The notes under the pieces: model-generated
What the model was told of the DNA's origin: nothing
The model's input: the letters and a program-made list of their open reading frames with translations, nothing else
The model's database searches: none
Assembly (NCBI RefSeq): GCF_006345805.1
Contig: NC_043000.1
Location: 94,364,001-94,428,000, forward strand
Direction: 5' to 3'
From: Octopus sinensis
Taxonomy: Eukaryota
DNA length: 64,000 bases
In this document: in pieces, positions 1 to 13,104 of the stretch
How positions within the stretch are numbered: the first letter of the stretch is position 1
Layout: each line of letters begins with the position of its first letter
Program-made: the position numbers and the translations under genes

Positions 1-30
1 ATAGGTCGTTGATATTAGCTATGGGCACAA

Positions 31-195
31 TCGTGGCTGTGTGATTAAGACGGTTCGCTTTGCTGCCACATGGTTTCGGGTTCAGTCACGGTGCGCAGCA
101 ACTTGAGGAAGTGTCTTCTTCTGTTACGAATCCAGGTCGAAGAATACCTTATGTGTAGATCTGGTAGACGGAAACTCCCTGCCAAAATGTCGAGC
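31..195 (+). mobile_element. Degenerate head/core of tRNA-derived SINE group M
   Basis: Diverged match to the head of copies at 1851, 6968, 20018 and 45837 (gtggctgtgtg..ccacatggtttcgggttcagtc..aagtgtcttct..tggtagacggaaact). Confidence 0.75.
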
Positions 196-317
196 ATATA
201 TTTACACACACATATATATATGTATATATATATATTTGAGGTACTTAATTGTGCTCATGGCTTGGTGCTCGCTTCTTCCATGGGTATGAGTAAGTATTTC
301 ACTTATTTCTTTTAGCG

Positions 318-377
318 CATTTATCACTGATGAAGGTAAGGTTCTTATGAACTAAGTCTGAAATCGGTCCGATATGG
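318..377 (+). ncRNA. Minimal type I hammerhead ribozyme motif (HH1)
   Basis: CTGATGA 327-333; stem II AGG/TCT with inner GTTC/GAAC hairpin; GAAA 360-363; near-palindromic ATCGGT then GTC cleavage triplet; imperfect stem I (catttatca / cgatatg). Confidence 0.6.
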
Positions 378-511
378 TAATAACGGGATTTTTTAGAAAT
401 TTCTATCGGCTTTCTTCGAAATGCGTGCCTGTTAGTGATAAATTACATGGTTATTGACGTTGTCTATTTTCGACATATTTTGGCTTGAAATTTTCTGTTT
501 TGCCCTTACTT

Positions 512-515
512 ATAA

Positions 516-560
<45 letters not shown>

Positions 561-628
561 TGTGTGTATTGTGTGTGTGTGTGTGTGTGTTGTGTGTGTG
601 TGTGTGTGTGTTTGTGTGTGTGTGTATG

Positions 629-660
<32 letters not shown>

Positions 661-848
661 ATATGGGAGGCATATACAAATTAATGAAGTTGAAAGTGCA
701 CAGAGCGTGTTTTTAAAAAGATTTATTATTCATATTAACATTACTCAATCGGATTTTCAAAAGTAGAAGCTTTGAGAGAAGTGGATCTGTACCACAAACT
801 CTCTCTCTCCTCTCTCTCTCTCTCTCCTCCTCTCTCTCTCTTCTCTCT

Positions 849-914
<66 letters not shown>

Positions 915-915
915 C
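512..915. repeat. Compound microsatellites (TA)n,(TG)n,(CT)n
   Basis: Directly visible; source of the YI/CV/LS ORFs in the track. Confidence 0.95.
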
Positions 916-994
916 CTTGTGTTTAAAATTAATGCCTCCACCTCCGCTTCACTTATTTGATAAAAGAGAGAGTGAAAATAAGTACCAGTCTTGA

Positions 995-1026
<32 letters not shown>

Positions 1027-1410
1027 ATATATATATATAGATATATATATATAACACTAGGTTCGATTAAACCCTTCGACTAAACTCAGGGCGGTTCTCC
1101 ATAAGGCTTTAGTCCAATGATTGAAACAAGTAAAGATTAACGATAAACATAAACTGAAATAATAGTATAATTTAAAAAATGAAAATCTACTTCCTATCCT
1201 GTAATGGAACGCATGTAACATGGAATTTGAAATATACCAAATTTCTCCAGTCTTTTATTTTGATTTCGATATATAATTACACTGAAAATAGAAATTCAGC
1301 AGAAAATTTCAAATGCTACGTATGCTTAATTCATATAAGACATCTACATACATGTATACACACACACACACACACACACACGCACACCCACACACACACA
1401 TATTATATAT

Positions 1411-1474
<64 letters not shown>

Positions 1475-1515
1475 GAGAGAGAGAGAGAATGGAGAGAGAG
1501 AGAGGCATATGACCA

Positions 1516-1801
1516 TGGCCTAGTGGTTAGAGCAGTGGACTCGCGGTCGAGGGATCGCGGTTTCGAATCTCAGACCGGGCGATGTGTGTGTTTATGAGCG
1601 AAACATCTAAGCTCCTCGCGGCTCCGGCAGAAGGTAATGGTGAACTTCTGCTGACTCTTTCGCCACAATTTCTCTCACTCTTTCCTCCTGCATCTTGCAG
1701 CTCACTTGCGACGGACCGGCGTCCCGTCTAGGTGGAGAAGCTATATGCCAAGGAACCGGGACACCGAGCTTTATGAGCCAGGCATGGCTCGAGAAAGAAC
1801 G

Positions 1802-1811
<10 letters not shown>
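1516..1811 (+). mobile_element. tRNA-derived SINE group V with (AAC)n tail
   Basis: A/B-box-like head ggcctagtggttagagc..ggtttcgaatc; unique body; ends aacaacaac. Confidence 0.8.
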
Positions 1812-1832
<21 letters not shown>

Positions 1833-1850
1833 ATATATAATATATATATA

Positions 1851-2250
1851 GGCGCAGGAGTGGCTGTGGGTAAGTAGCTTGCTAACCAACCACATGGTTC
1901 CGGGTTCAGTCCCACTGCGTGGCATCTTCGGCAAGTGTCTTCTGCTATAGCCCCGGGCTGACCAAAGCCTTGTGAGTGGATTTGGTAAACGGAAACTGAA
2001 AGAAGCCTGTCGTATATATGTATATATATATATATATATATATACATGTGTGTGTGTGTGTTTGTGTGTCTGTGTTTGTCCCCCTAGCATTGCTTGACAA
2101 CCGATGCTGATGTGTTTACGTCTCCGTCACTTAGCGTTTCGGCAAAAGAGACCGATAGAATAAGTACTGGGCTTACAAAGAATAAGTCCCGAGGTCGACT
2201 AAAGGCGGTGCCCCAGCATGGCCGCAGTCAAATGACTGAAACAAGTAAAA
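1851..2250 (+). mobile_element. Full-length SINE group M with internal (TA)(TG) microsatellite
   Basis: Highly similar to 6968-7382, 20018-20390 and 45837-46228; core gccttgtgagtggatttggta.acggaaactgaaagaagcc; tail gcagtcaaatgactgaaacaagtaaaa. Confidence 0.9.
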
Positions 2251-2465
2251 AAAAAATATATATATATTGTTTGTAAATCAGTTTATACTTTTACTAGAAG
2301 AGGTGAGAAGAAAATATTGGTAAAAGGTGAAAGCTTGAAACACCGGAAAACGAAAATAAAAGGAGTTATGTCCCCTTTGACCGTAAGACATTCTAAGGCT
2401 GAACGTATAGGGGCCTAGAGTCTGCTGTACGGCTGCTCAATCCATATAGGGTGGTTTTTTTCTTC

Positions 2466-2825
2466 TCCAATTTGCAATCAGGAACTTATCTGTATGTTTA
2501 CATCCGTTGAAAATTTCAGTTCCGGAATTCAGTATGCGGTGGAATTCTTAGATCTGGTTTTACAGCTACGCACGGGTTACATTTCTTTTTATTCGTTGAC
2601 ATATGGTGTGGACTTTTCAACTATTTTCTAGTTGATTATATGTGGAGTGGTGTTAGACTTGAAACCCCTTACGTGGCCAGCCAACTTAGTGGCTTTGCTT
2701 TTGTTCCTGTGCCGGAAGAAAGATATGTGATAAGCATAGCGACTTTTGAAGAAGTATTAACATAACCCAATGTAACTCTTCTTTTTGGTTATGTTATCAT
2801 CTAGTGTTGCTGTCCATTCGATCAG
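2466..2825 (-). mobile_element. Penelope-like element relic, GIY-YIG endonuclease C-terminus
   Basis: Manual translation with stops/frameshifts: IEWTATLDDNITKKKSYIGLC*..FKSRYAYH..ATKLAGHV..IIN*KIVEKSTPY/KKCNPC/LNSGTEIFNGCKHTDKFL, matching the PLE pattern YIG..FKxRYxxH..CxLC..LNxxxE..CxH. Confidence 0.75.
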
Positions 2826-2867
2826 AGGTGTATGATGAAATCAACTACAGTCAACGAACAAATAATA

Positions 2868-3085
2868 GTCTTTTCTATACTAGGCACAAGGCCTGCAATT
2901 TTGTGGGGAGGGGGAAGTCGATTGCATCGACACCAGTGTTCAACTGGTACTTATGCTATCGACCACGAAAAGGATGAAGGGTTAAAGTCGACCTCGGCGG
3001 AATCTGAACTCTGAATGTAAAAACGGACGAAATCCCGCTAACCATTTTGCCTGGCGTGCTAACGATTAAGCTAGCTCGCCACCTA
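2868..3085 (-). mobile_element. SINE group N
   Basis: Reverse complement of ggcgagctggcagaatcgttagcacgcc..gcctttcatcctttcggggtcgat..gtaccagttg, the most abundant family in the window. Confidence 0.85.
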
Positions 3086-3160
3086 ATAATGACAAAAAAA
3101 TAATAACAATACTACTACTACTATTTACAGCAACTACCTCAGTAACAGCAGCAGCAGAAT

Positions 3161-3194
<34 letters not shown>

Positions 3195-3212
3195 TATTAT
3201 TATTATTAGTAT

Positions 3213-3269
<57 letters not shown>

Positions 3270-3604
3270 ATTCTATACACAAGCTCTATTGCTGGGCGTT
3301 TGAAGTAAGTTTGTATCCCTTGGTGGTTTCATGTCAGAACGTGATCATACGTGCTTTTAACATTAAAAAAGATTATACTTCTTTAAACTACAGAATGTTG
3401 TATTCAAATATCCATACTATGTTGGTGTGTTAGTAAATACTTTTTAATGATTGTAAAATAAACATTGAGATACATAGAAGCCAACGAGAGAGCCTCTGCC
3501 ATCCAGTGTTTATGCAGCCTATTTGTAGACTAGAAATAAATGTGAAACACTTCTCAAATTCTACACTGCTCTTATCAAAAAGGAAGGACACATTTTTTTC
3601 TTCT

Positions 3605-3968
3605 TTAGGCACAGGGCCTGAAATTTAGGGAAAATACGTAACTGGTGCTTAATTTATCGACCGCGAAAGAATGAAAGGCAAAGTCGACCATGGCGCTATT
3701 TGAACACAGAACGTGAAGATAGAGGAAATACCTATTTCTTTACTACCCGCAAGGGGCTAAACACAGATAGGACAAAGAAGGACAGACAAACGGATTAAGT
3801 CGATTATATCGACCCCAGTGCGTAACTGATACTTATTTAATCGACCCCGAAAGGATGAAAGACAAAGTCGACTTCGGCGGAATTTGAACTCAGAACGTAA
3901 CGGCGGACGAAATACGGCTACGCATTTTCGCCCGGCGTGCTAACGTTTCTGCGAGCTTATCGCCTTAA
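3605..3968 (-). mobile_element. Composite of two group N SINE pieces
   Basis: Two cores (atcgacc.cgaaag.atgaaag) separated by tail ggggctaaacacaga.aggacaaa. Confidence 0.8.
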
Positions 3969-4249
3969 GGAAGTACACATATTGAATGAAACAAAGCGAC
4001 GTATGAGCTATTGCTGGAACGCTATCAGGTTGCAATATTAATATTCAAATCATGTTTAATCGTAAACAATATGTTATTAACCATTTGGATGCTATATTCT
4101 AAGAATTATTGGTGACACAACTTCAGAGATTAAGATAAAAATATTCGAAACGTATATTTCTATTTCCTTGTACCGCGATGGTAAAAAAGAAAGGAAAGTG
4201 AGTTATTCGGTCTAGGTCTAACTCTCATTAATACTTTATGTATTTTAAA

Positions 4250-4266
4250 CACACATGCACACACAT

Positions 4267-4299
<33 letters not shown>

Positions 4300-4319
4300 A
4301 AAGGCAGAAGTGAGTATAG

Positions 4320-4406
<87 letters not shown>

Positions 4407-4420
4407 CAGATAGATAGGTG
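4250..4420. repeat. (CA)n + (TAGA)n microsatellite
   Basis: Directly visible. Confidence 0.95.
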
Positions 4421-5364
4421 TGTGTGTGTTATGATTGTATGTATGCGGTGGCTGTTCTTCCTTTTTAATTTTTTTTTTGTGTGTCACTTCTTGTAGCTGG
4501 TTTCTAACTGAGAAACAAAGTTCTCTCAATGTGTTTAGATTTAAAAATAAAAGCCGCAGTAATGAATACCAAGATGAATTTTACTGTTCAGCTTACAGAA
4601 TGTATTTGCACCATACGTGGTGATCTCTTTCTTTACCTGACGTCACACAGTTTGATATGGGCAAGAATGTAAATTTAAAACGTAGGTGGAAAAATTGTAC
4701 GCTTCACTTCGGAATGAAATGTTTATATCTGCTGGGTATCTGACATTCAAAGCATGAGTTATTTTCTATTCTCTGTCTCATAGAATTATATCATTATGAC
4801 TGTTATATTTGTAAAAGTATTCATGAGAGGGTTAAACACATGTTTCTTATGCAATATTTATTAATATATCCAACATCAATATTTTTATTTAATATAAGTG
4901 AGTTCTTTCATTGGATAGTTTGGAATAAAAAATAATGTCACACGACATAGGAATGTAGAATACAGATGCTATCTTTAGGCGTATGCTATACATGTGATAT
5001 AATCAATACCTTAGGGATTTAACAGTTATATTATCTCTTTCATTGGACAGGTATTTAGTAGCTATATCAGGCTTTTGGATGGCAAAAGTATATTGGAAAT
5101 GTAAGGCACTATAATTCGTTCTTTAGTTTAAGAGAAGCGACAATTCTTAGCCATGCTGGTAACATTCTCAAATTTTCAAGGAACATAACCATAAGGGGGT
5201 TGAAAAGGCGCTCTGTCTGGGTCTCGACTGCACAATCCCGTAAAAGAATTAGCGAAAGGATGGTATAAGCTACTAAAATCATACTCGCTTACAACTGATG
5301 TATGTATATCTATCTATCTATCTATCTATCTACTATCTATATCTATCTATCTATATTATATATA

Positions 5365-5415
<51 letters not shown>

Positions 5416-5781
5416 ATTAGAGGTGAAATTAGCCTCTTTAAGGATAGTAATATCCAATGAATTACTGATTCGTGGCCTAGTATTTTTTTAATAATTATAT
5501 TAAAAAAATAATAGGTTTAAATATAAATCTTGGTTTATAGATATTCAAAGAGAACATTTAGGACATGGAGATATAGCATTAATATAATTTATTATCTGCA
5601 AAAATCCAACATATTCTCTTACAGCTGTTTCAATTAAGCCTAAAAGATTAAATTACAATATAATCTCACCAGTGGGGTAGAAATGATATACCGTTAGGTG
5701 TTGTGTTTTCGGATCATCTCAGCAAATAAGATGATTCGAAAACACTAAATCTCATAACCTAACGGTATATAATCGACTTAA

Positions 5782-5995
5782 TGCGTTTGTCTGTCCTTGT
5801 TTGTCCTCTCTGTGCTTAGCCCTTTGTGGGTAGTAAAGAAATAGGTATTTCGTCCGTCGTTACGTTCTGAGTTCAAATTCTCCTAGGGTTGACTTTGCCT
5901 TTCATCATTTCGAGGTCGATAAAATAACAATTGAGCACTGGGGTGGATGTACTCGACTGTCCCCCTCCCCCAAATTTCAGACCTTGTGCCTTTAG
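5782..5995 (+). mobile_element. SINE group N
   Basis: ttacgttctgagttcaaatt..gactttgcctttcatc..gaggtcgataaaa..ccttgtgcct. Confidence 0.8.
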
Positions 5996-6007
5996 TAAAA
6001 AATATTA

Positions 6008-6265
<258 letters not shown>

Positions 6266-6422
6266 TAAAAACAAAAAAAGTCTCGTGAAATACATTTACC
6301 CAAATTTCATAGCCGAAATATTAATTATTTCATATTCTGTCAAGCTGTTAAAAAAACAAGATGGTTTAGTAACTACGTTCGACGTAATCAACGTTTGAAT
6401 GAATAGATTAAGTTCATCTCAG

Positions 6423-6553
6423 TATGCGGCCACATTTTGTGATGAACTAAATATACCAACATTATTATGGATCGCCGAGACTCCAGAAACAGCTGTTGGA
6501 TTTATTACACCTTCCTTCTACCCCTTTAACTTTCTCTGTCGTTTGTACTCTGT
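6423..6553 (+). CDS. Candidate internal coding exon, unidentified protein (YAATFCDELNIPTLLWIAETPETAVGFITPSFYPFNFLCRLYS..)
   Basis: Acceptor ttcatctcag, open frame, strong donor gt|GTAAGT at 6554; phase-compatible with 20773-20884; no homology recognised. Confidence 0.35.
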
Positions 6554-6967
6554 GTAAGTTGGATCTATTAATTCAAATATCCATATATTTATACTTAAAA
6601 ATTCATGATCTGAAAGTCTCCAAATCTGCATGTATACATATCTACATATTTTATATTTCATGCCTCAACTATTGCATTTAACTTATCTACCCACCTCTCT
6701 ATCTATCTGTCTGTCTACACACGCACACACACATATATCCACACACAGCATTGAAGTATAAACATCAGAATATATAGCCACGGCAATTAAGACCTCATTA
6801 AATAACTGTTCGTTAATCACTAACATGTTCTTACATAGCAGTAAATCCAAGTGGAACCGACTTTCATGTATATACATTTGTTGCTAAAAGAACCTTTAAG
6901 AGTAGCTTATTTAGAATAAAAGCAGAAAAAGCGTAAATTTCATATAATGTTCATATTTTGTGCTCAA

Positions 6968-7382
6968 CAGGAGTGGGTGTGTAGTAAGTAGCTTGCTAAT
7001 CAACCACATGGTTCCGGGTTCAGTCCTACTGCGTGGCATCATGGGCAAGTGTCTTCTGCTATAGCCTCGGGCCGACCAATGCCTCGCGAGTGGATTTAGT
7101 AGACGGAAACTGAAAGAAGCCTGTCGTATATATGTATATATATATGTGTGTGTATGTGTTTGTGTGTCTGTGTTTGTCCCCTAACATTGCTTGACAACCG
7201 TTGCTGGTGTGTTTACGTCCCCGTAACTTAGCGGTTCGGCAAAAGAGACCGATAGAATAAGTACTGGGCTTACAAAGAATAAGTCCCGGGGTCGATTTGC
7301 TCGTCTAAAGGCGGTGCTCCAGCATGGCAGCAGTCAAATGACTGAAACAAGTAAAAGAGTAAAAGAGTAAAAGAGTAAAAGA
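6968..7382 (+). mobile_element. Full-length SINE group M
   Basis: As 1851-2250; tail ends in (gtaaaaga)n. Confidence 0.9.
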
Positions 7383-8556
7383 ATTCAGATTAAAGTAATT
7401 AAAATGAATTAATTATGCATTAGCACATTTGTAATTATACATTTAAATACTGTTTATCCCAATGAAACAGCTGCTGAGCACAATTAAAACATAAATTATA
7501 TGTGTAATTTATATTCTTTTACTTTTACTCTAAATATGTGTTGCGTGTGTATGTGATCGCAATGACCTAGAAGCAGCAACGAAATCTCCCTCAAATTACT
7601 TTGCACTGTATTATGAATCAATTAACATATTGAATACCGCACACCAAGCTGTCTATATGTATAGACGGAATGGTCATGGGTGGAATTTCTTTCATCATAA
7701 TTCTGCTTAATTTGGGGCTAAACAACAGCACCAACATAAAATTTGTGACTTATTTGACTTCATAAACAAAATACTCTTAATGCAATTACTTTGTCAGATA
7801 ATCGTAGAATATTAATGGGATTATGAAGGATTAGAAGTAAAAGCATACATTTGGTTGATATCGGCTTTACAATATAACATGACAACTGATAAGCATACTG
7901 TAGACTCTGCATGTGTGCGCATATTTGTGTAGACATGAATGTACGTCTGTAAGCATGTATTTATGTGTGCGTCTATGTGTGTATCTATGTATATGTATTT
8001 GTCCTTATGTGTGTGTATGAATGTGTGTGGAAGATATATATATGCAATATCTTTATCTTTAGTTTTCTTAAAGTGTCTTTCATGTCTAATGATATTGCCA
8101 ATTTTGTTTTCATGTGTATTAAGAGACATAAATTGTGGAGTGGTGGTTAGAATGCCATGCTTTTACGGAGCCTAGAGAAGGACTTTCAAACTGTCCTCTA
8201 AAATCACTTAAACGATAAAATACTAATATAAAAACAAAGGTACCAGACGTATAATGAGGAAAGAGAGTTGATCCAATCGGCTATATATGTAACAAAATTG
8301 TCATCTTATTGTTGAAATCAGTAATCTATATTTCCGATAGGTGGGCTGAGGTTCTGCTGTATATTTATGCTTACCAATAGCTCTTTTCCATGTACTTATT
8401 TTGTGACAGAAAAGGCATATTGGTTACCTATTTACATTTTTAGTAATTTTGAAGTAATGAACAATGAGCAGATAACCTTGAAAGAAGAGAGAGAGAGAGA
8501 GACAGACAGACATGCAGAGAGAGAGAGAGAGAGAGAGAGTGAGAAGGAAGGAAGGA

Positions 8557-8596
<40 letters not shown>

Positions 8597-9281
8597 AAAA
8601 AAAAAGAAATAGTAAATTGAAATGAAATAAAAAAGAAGAAAATGGAGTGAGTACACGAGTGAGTTCAGTATAGAAATGTTTTTCTCATGATCTAATCAGG
8701 AGGACGTTGTTACAGCAATATCCTATTCTTATCATATTAATGAAGTAGGGGCGAGAGCTGTGCGGTTGATGTTCGGTTTTAATATCTGTATACTAACAAC
8801 TGTTTGGGGAAGGGGGCATGGGTAAAAAGAAAATTTTGGATGGTTCAGATTCAGAGAACGAAGGACTGGGCATATTAATTTATGGCAGAGTTTGCTAAGG
8901 AGTCACACCATTGGGGATGAGAGAATGTATCTGACTGGATTTGCTGGAGATGGTATGTCACCCATCTGTCTATGAAAAATCTATTTCACACTTTAGTTAA
9001 GAAAGGAATTTTGTCAGTTTGACCTTAATACTGGCAGAGATGGTATACTCCTCCTGTAGATGGCATTTGCTCATTAGTAGAGACAGGATCTCCGGTGAGT
9101 CAGAAATTACGTGTATCCAATGAATCAGTTTATTGAAGCTTGCATCCACCGCATACCAACCTCCTGCAGTTCAAGGATGAGATTTTTCATCATTGAGTTT
9201 TACTCCTTTACGTATGTTTGGTGCAGGACTGTTTATTTTTATATTCACAGCTAATCTTCTTATCTGAAGGCCTTTCCCCTA

Positions 9282-9395
9282 TCTGTTAACTGGAACTCTA
9301 AATTGTCAGGCAAATCAGAAAAAAAGCTGTTCATTATAACTGTCGAATCAGTGTTATTATATGGCAGTGAAACATGGACACTGACAAAAATTATT
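9282..9395 (+). mobile_element. RTE-like LINE fragment (post-RT region)
   Basis: Translates WNSKLSGKSEKKLFIITVESVLLYGSETWTLTK, the SVLLYGxETWTL motif of RTE-type LINEs. Confidence 0.7.
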
Positions 9396-11741
9396 AAATT
9401 CCATACCCCACTGAACCTCTCCCTGACTCCCAATTTAAATTTTTGATTTTTTTTTACTTTGAAGAGATTGTAGTGAACTGATGAACATATGAAAATCTGA
9501 ATTAAATACAGACAAAAACATTAAAGTGAAAATAATTTGCGTTTTACATGTGTTTCCCTTAAATAATACCAAATAAATTAATGTAAATTAAATATACACC
9601 ATTTTATGAGAAACAAACATTAATGTCTAATAATTAATGTTATAAAGTTTAATAAGGAGCTCAAATTTCACTCCTCCCCCAAACTTAGATTTTGAACTTT
9701 TTCTTCCATTTATTTATTTATCTGTCTATTTATCCCTGTCTGTTTATTCATAAAATATATTTGTCAACTAAATGTGGCGGTCCTATAGAAGATTGTGTTC
9801 CTGTTGTTTTTAGCCCCAGGAAGCAATTCATATCTATCTATCTATTTATCTCTTTATACACATATCCATATGCTTATTGAATTTAAAATTTTGAAAACGT
9901 GGTTTCTTGAATATTCGGAATCTCTGTCATCGAAATCAGGGAAAAAACTTTTCTTTCTTTTTTCTTTTTAGTTTCAGTTCAGAGCTGCGGCCATGCTGAT
10001 GCACCGCCGTTTCGGAAAAGTTCAATTAGCCCCATTTTGTTGTTGCGGCCTGGGTTGGAACTCGACCATAATACAATAAAAAAGCAACATAAGGAAGAAA
10101 TGCTAACGCCCATTTCTTATTTCATCCTTAATTTAGGGCTTTCGAGACTGGTGATGCAGAAGGAAGTTATCCACAAACCAGTGATTGGTCCGAACGCTTC
10201 TAATAAACGAAACACTGCTATCGCCATCCAGAGATGAACTCGTGATTTTAAAACTAAACGACTGTTTATGTCTAACATGTAAAAGATAAGTATGCAGAGA
10301 ACTTTAAAAAATGCTGAATCCACTACCTTTGACTACTATTTTCTTTAAAGGACCCGAAAGGATAAAAAGTAAAGTAGATTCCAGAGGGATTTGAATCCTT
10401 GAGTGCAGAAAACAGAAAATGATGCCGTGATATATTTTGTTCTATGATCTAACAACTTTGTTACTTTATCACCTTGGCATAACAGTCTCTGATTGAGGCA
10501 CAAAGCCAGAAATGCCGTCGAGAAGGAGTTCTTCGATTCCACCGGTCCCAAAACTCGTTTGGTACTTCTTGGCGACCCTGAAAATATAGAATGCAAAAGT
10601 TGACAGAATTGGAACTCAGAACGTAAAGTGTGGAAGCTAATACTATAAAGTAATTTTTCGTCATTCGAACGGTCATCCATTCACACATAACCTCTCTCTC
10701 ATTTTCTGCCTTCATGTCTCCCTCTCTCTCCCTTTCTTCACACACAAACTATTTCTCTCTCTCTCTCCCTGCATATATATATATGCACACATACTTTTAC
10801 ATATGCATACATGCAAATATACACACACACACATATATATTATATATGTATAAATCTATCTATATATACATATATATTCATACACATAACACCCAAAGGT
10901 GTCTACAAAATCATAGATTATATGTGTGGGTGTATGTATGTAATATAATATATGGCATATATATGTACGTATTTATTTATAATATACATATATACATTAT
11001 ATATAATATATATAATATATACATATATATATAAATATATACATAAATATATATATATAAATATATATATATACCTGTATCACTACTGCTTATCTATTTA
11101 TCTGCGCTAGTGTTGTATTCTAAGTATCGAGGCAGAGAAGAAAACAGATTACCATTAAAGAACACTAGATAAACATGATTAGGCTTTATAGTGCCGTATC
11201 TTTTATGTTATAAACAGCCTACAGTATATTTTATGTTATCCACATTTTTCTGTATAATTTATTTGACGTCGCCTTTTGTTTGCCGATCATTCTAAAAGAT
11301 TATGGACATTTTTGGTGCTGCATTTTGTTTAATTGTTACTTCTTTAGAGAACATAATTCCTTAATATCTTGCATATGGGTGTTCCATTTGTTTGTTCGAC
11401 AGAACTGCGTATTCATTGAAGAATCGTGTAAGTGTGATTATTTCTCGTTTACTTGTGCCATTATCGTAATCCCCAAATAGACTCAGTGTGACTTGGTGTA
11501 TAGCAAGGTTGAGCATTCGAATTACAGTTACATTTTAATCGCTACCGTTCTATAATTTCTGTCTGCACAGCCTTACACAAACAGCCTGGGCTTTCATGAA
11601 GCTAATGTAGAAGACACTTGTTCAAAAAAAAAAAATGTTCCTACAGTAGCAGGGACACCCAAGACCCCAAGACGCGAAATTCTTAAAATTCTGGTATACA
11701 TACATACATACGTACATACATAACATATACATATATATATG

Positions 11742-11772
<31 letters not shown>

Positions 11773-12051
11773 TATATATAAGCTGTATGTATGTATGCAT
11801 GTATGTATGTATGGTATGTATGTATGTATGTATGTATGTATTATGTATAAGTGGCGTCAGTAGCGGCTAGTTTGTACTGGCATCGATTCGTATTAGTTGT
11901 AATAATGAAGTCAAACCAAGTAGTGATACTTGGAAATCATTTAGTTCTTTGCCTTACACGATATGTTTATACACACACACACACATATAATATGTATATA
12001 TATATATATAGATATTATATATATATATATATATTGTATGTATATGTATAG

Positions 12052-12096
<45 letters not shown>

Positions 12097-12329
12097 TATA
12101 TATACATATGTGGCAGTCCCAAAAAAGGAACAATGCTAGTGCTATTTAGCCCAGAAGACGACGTTTTCCAGTTGGCTACGCGACACAAGGTTTTCTGTGT
12201 CCTTAAGTTCTGCTACATTAAGTTAGTAACAAACCATCACTTTATCGTGCTGCTACTGTATAAGTCTGTCTGAGAGATTTAGAAATGCAATATTTCTAAT
12301 TTCATATATATATATATATATATATATAG

Positions 12330-12500
12330 GAGAAGAATTCACGAAAAAAAAACCTAAAAGACTAAACAAACAGATGTATTAGTATAACGCTCAGGAATTG
12401 TAAAAGTCTTTTATGTTTCGAGCCTACGCTCTTCCACAGAAAGGAACACAGAAAGAAAATAGGAGAGAAAAAATGTGTAGTGGCTACCGATCTATCGTAT
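12330..12500 (-). repeat. Short repeat containing a variant hammerhead-like motif at 12408-12443
   Basis: Minus strand: CTTT-CTGTGGA-A-GAGC gtag GCTC-GAAA-CA-TA-AAAG; stems I and II pair but core deviates from CUGANGA. Confidence 0.4.
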
Positions 12501-12543
12501 ATATATATACATATATATATATAATATATATAATATATATATA

Positions 12544-12583
<40 letters not shown>

Positions 12584-12626
12584 TATAATATATATATATA
12601 TATAATATATATATATAATATATATC

Positions 12627-13100
12627 AATCAAAGGACATACTGAGTATGTCTATCTGCTGGAAATAACAGTCAAAACTCTTAATTAAGCTGCCAAAAAAA
12701 TAACACTGACAAAAACAATCGAAATCATTGAACATACCAATCTATCATCCATTAACATACCAATCTATCATCCATAAGATAACATTAACTCTATTATTAT
12801 CTAGGATAAAATAATAAAATTGATAATAACAGAAGTAATAATATAGGCGATTGCAGGCCCAAAATAGCATTAAATAGCTGAAGGATTAAAATTTATATTA
12901 ATCAAAGCACATATTAAGTATGTCTACCTGCTGGAAATAAGAGTCAAAACTCTTATTTAAATCGCTGAAAAACCCGTATGTTCGCAGACGGTTGATTTCG
13001 GTGGTTATTGTCAGTGTTATTTATCAGCAGTTTAAATAAGAGTTTTGACTGTTATTTCCTGCAGGTCGACATATTCAGTATGTCAACCTGCTGAAAATAA
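12627..13100. repeat. Decayed copy of the unit-B repeat (cf. 47994-48550): tandem then inverted
   Basis: aatcaaag.acata.t.agtatgtcta.ctgctggaaataa.agtcaaaactctta at 12627 and 12900; inverted copy ~12973-13084; matches reverse complement of 48300-48480. Confidence 0.8.
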
Positions 13101-13104
13101 CGAC

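Noticed and set aside
1516-1575. tRNA-like sequences at SINE heads
   Set aside because: A/B boxes only, no complete cloverleaf, and they continue into SINE cores; not tRNA genes.
9478-9505. CTGATGA..GAAA hammerhead-like spacing
   Set aside because: Stems I, II and III cannot be formed.
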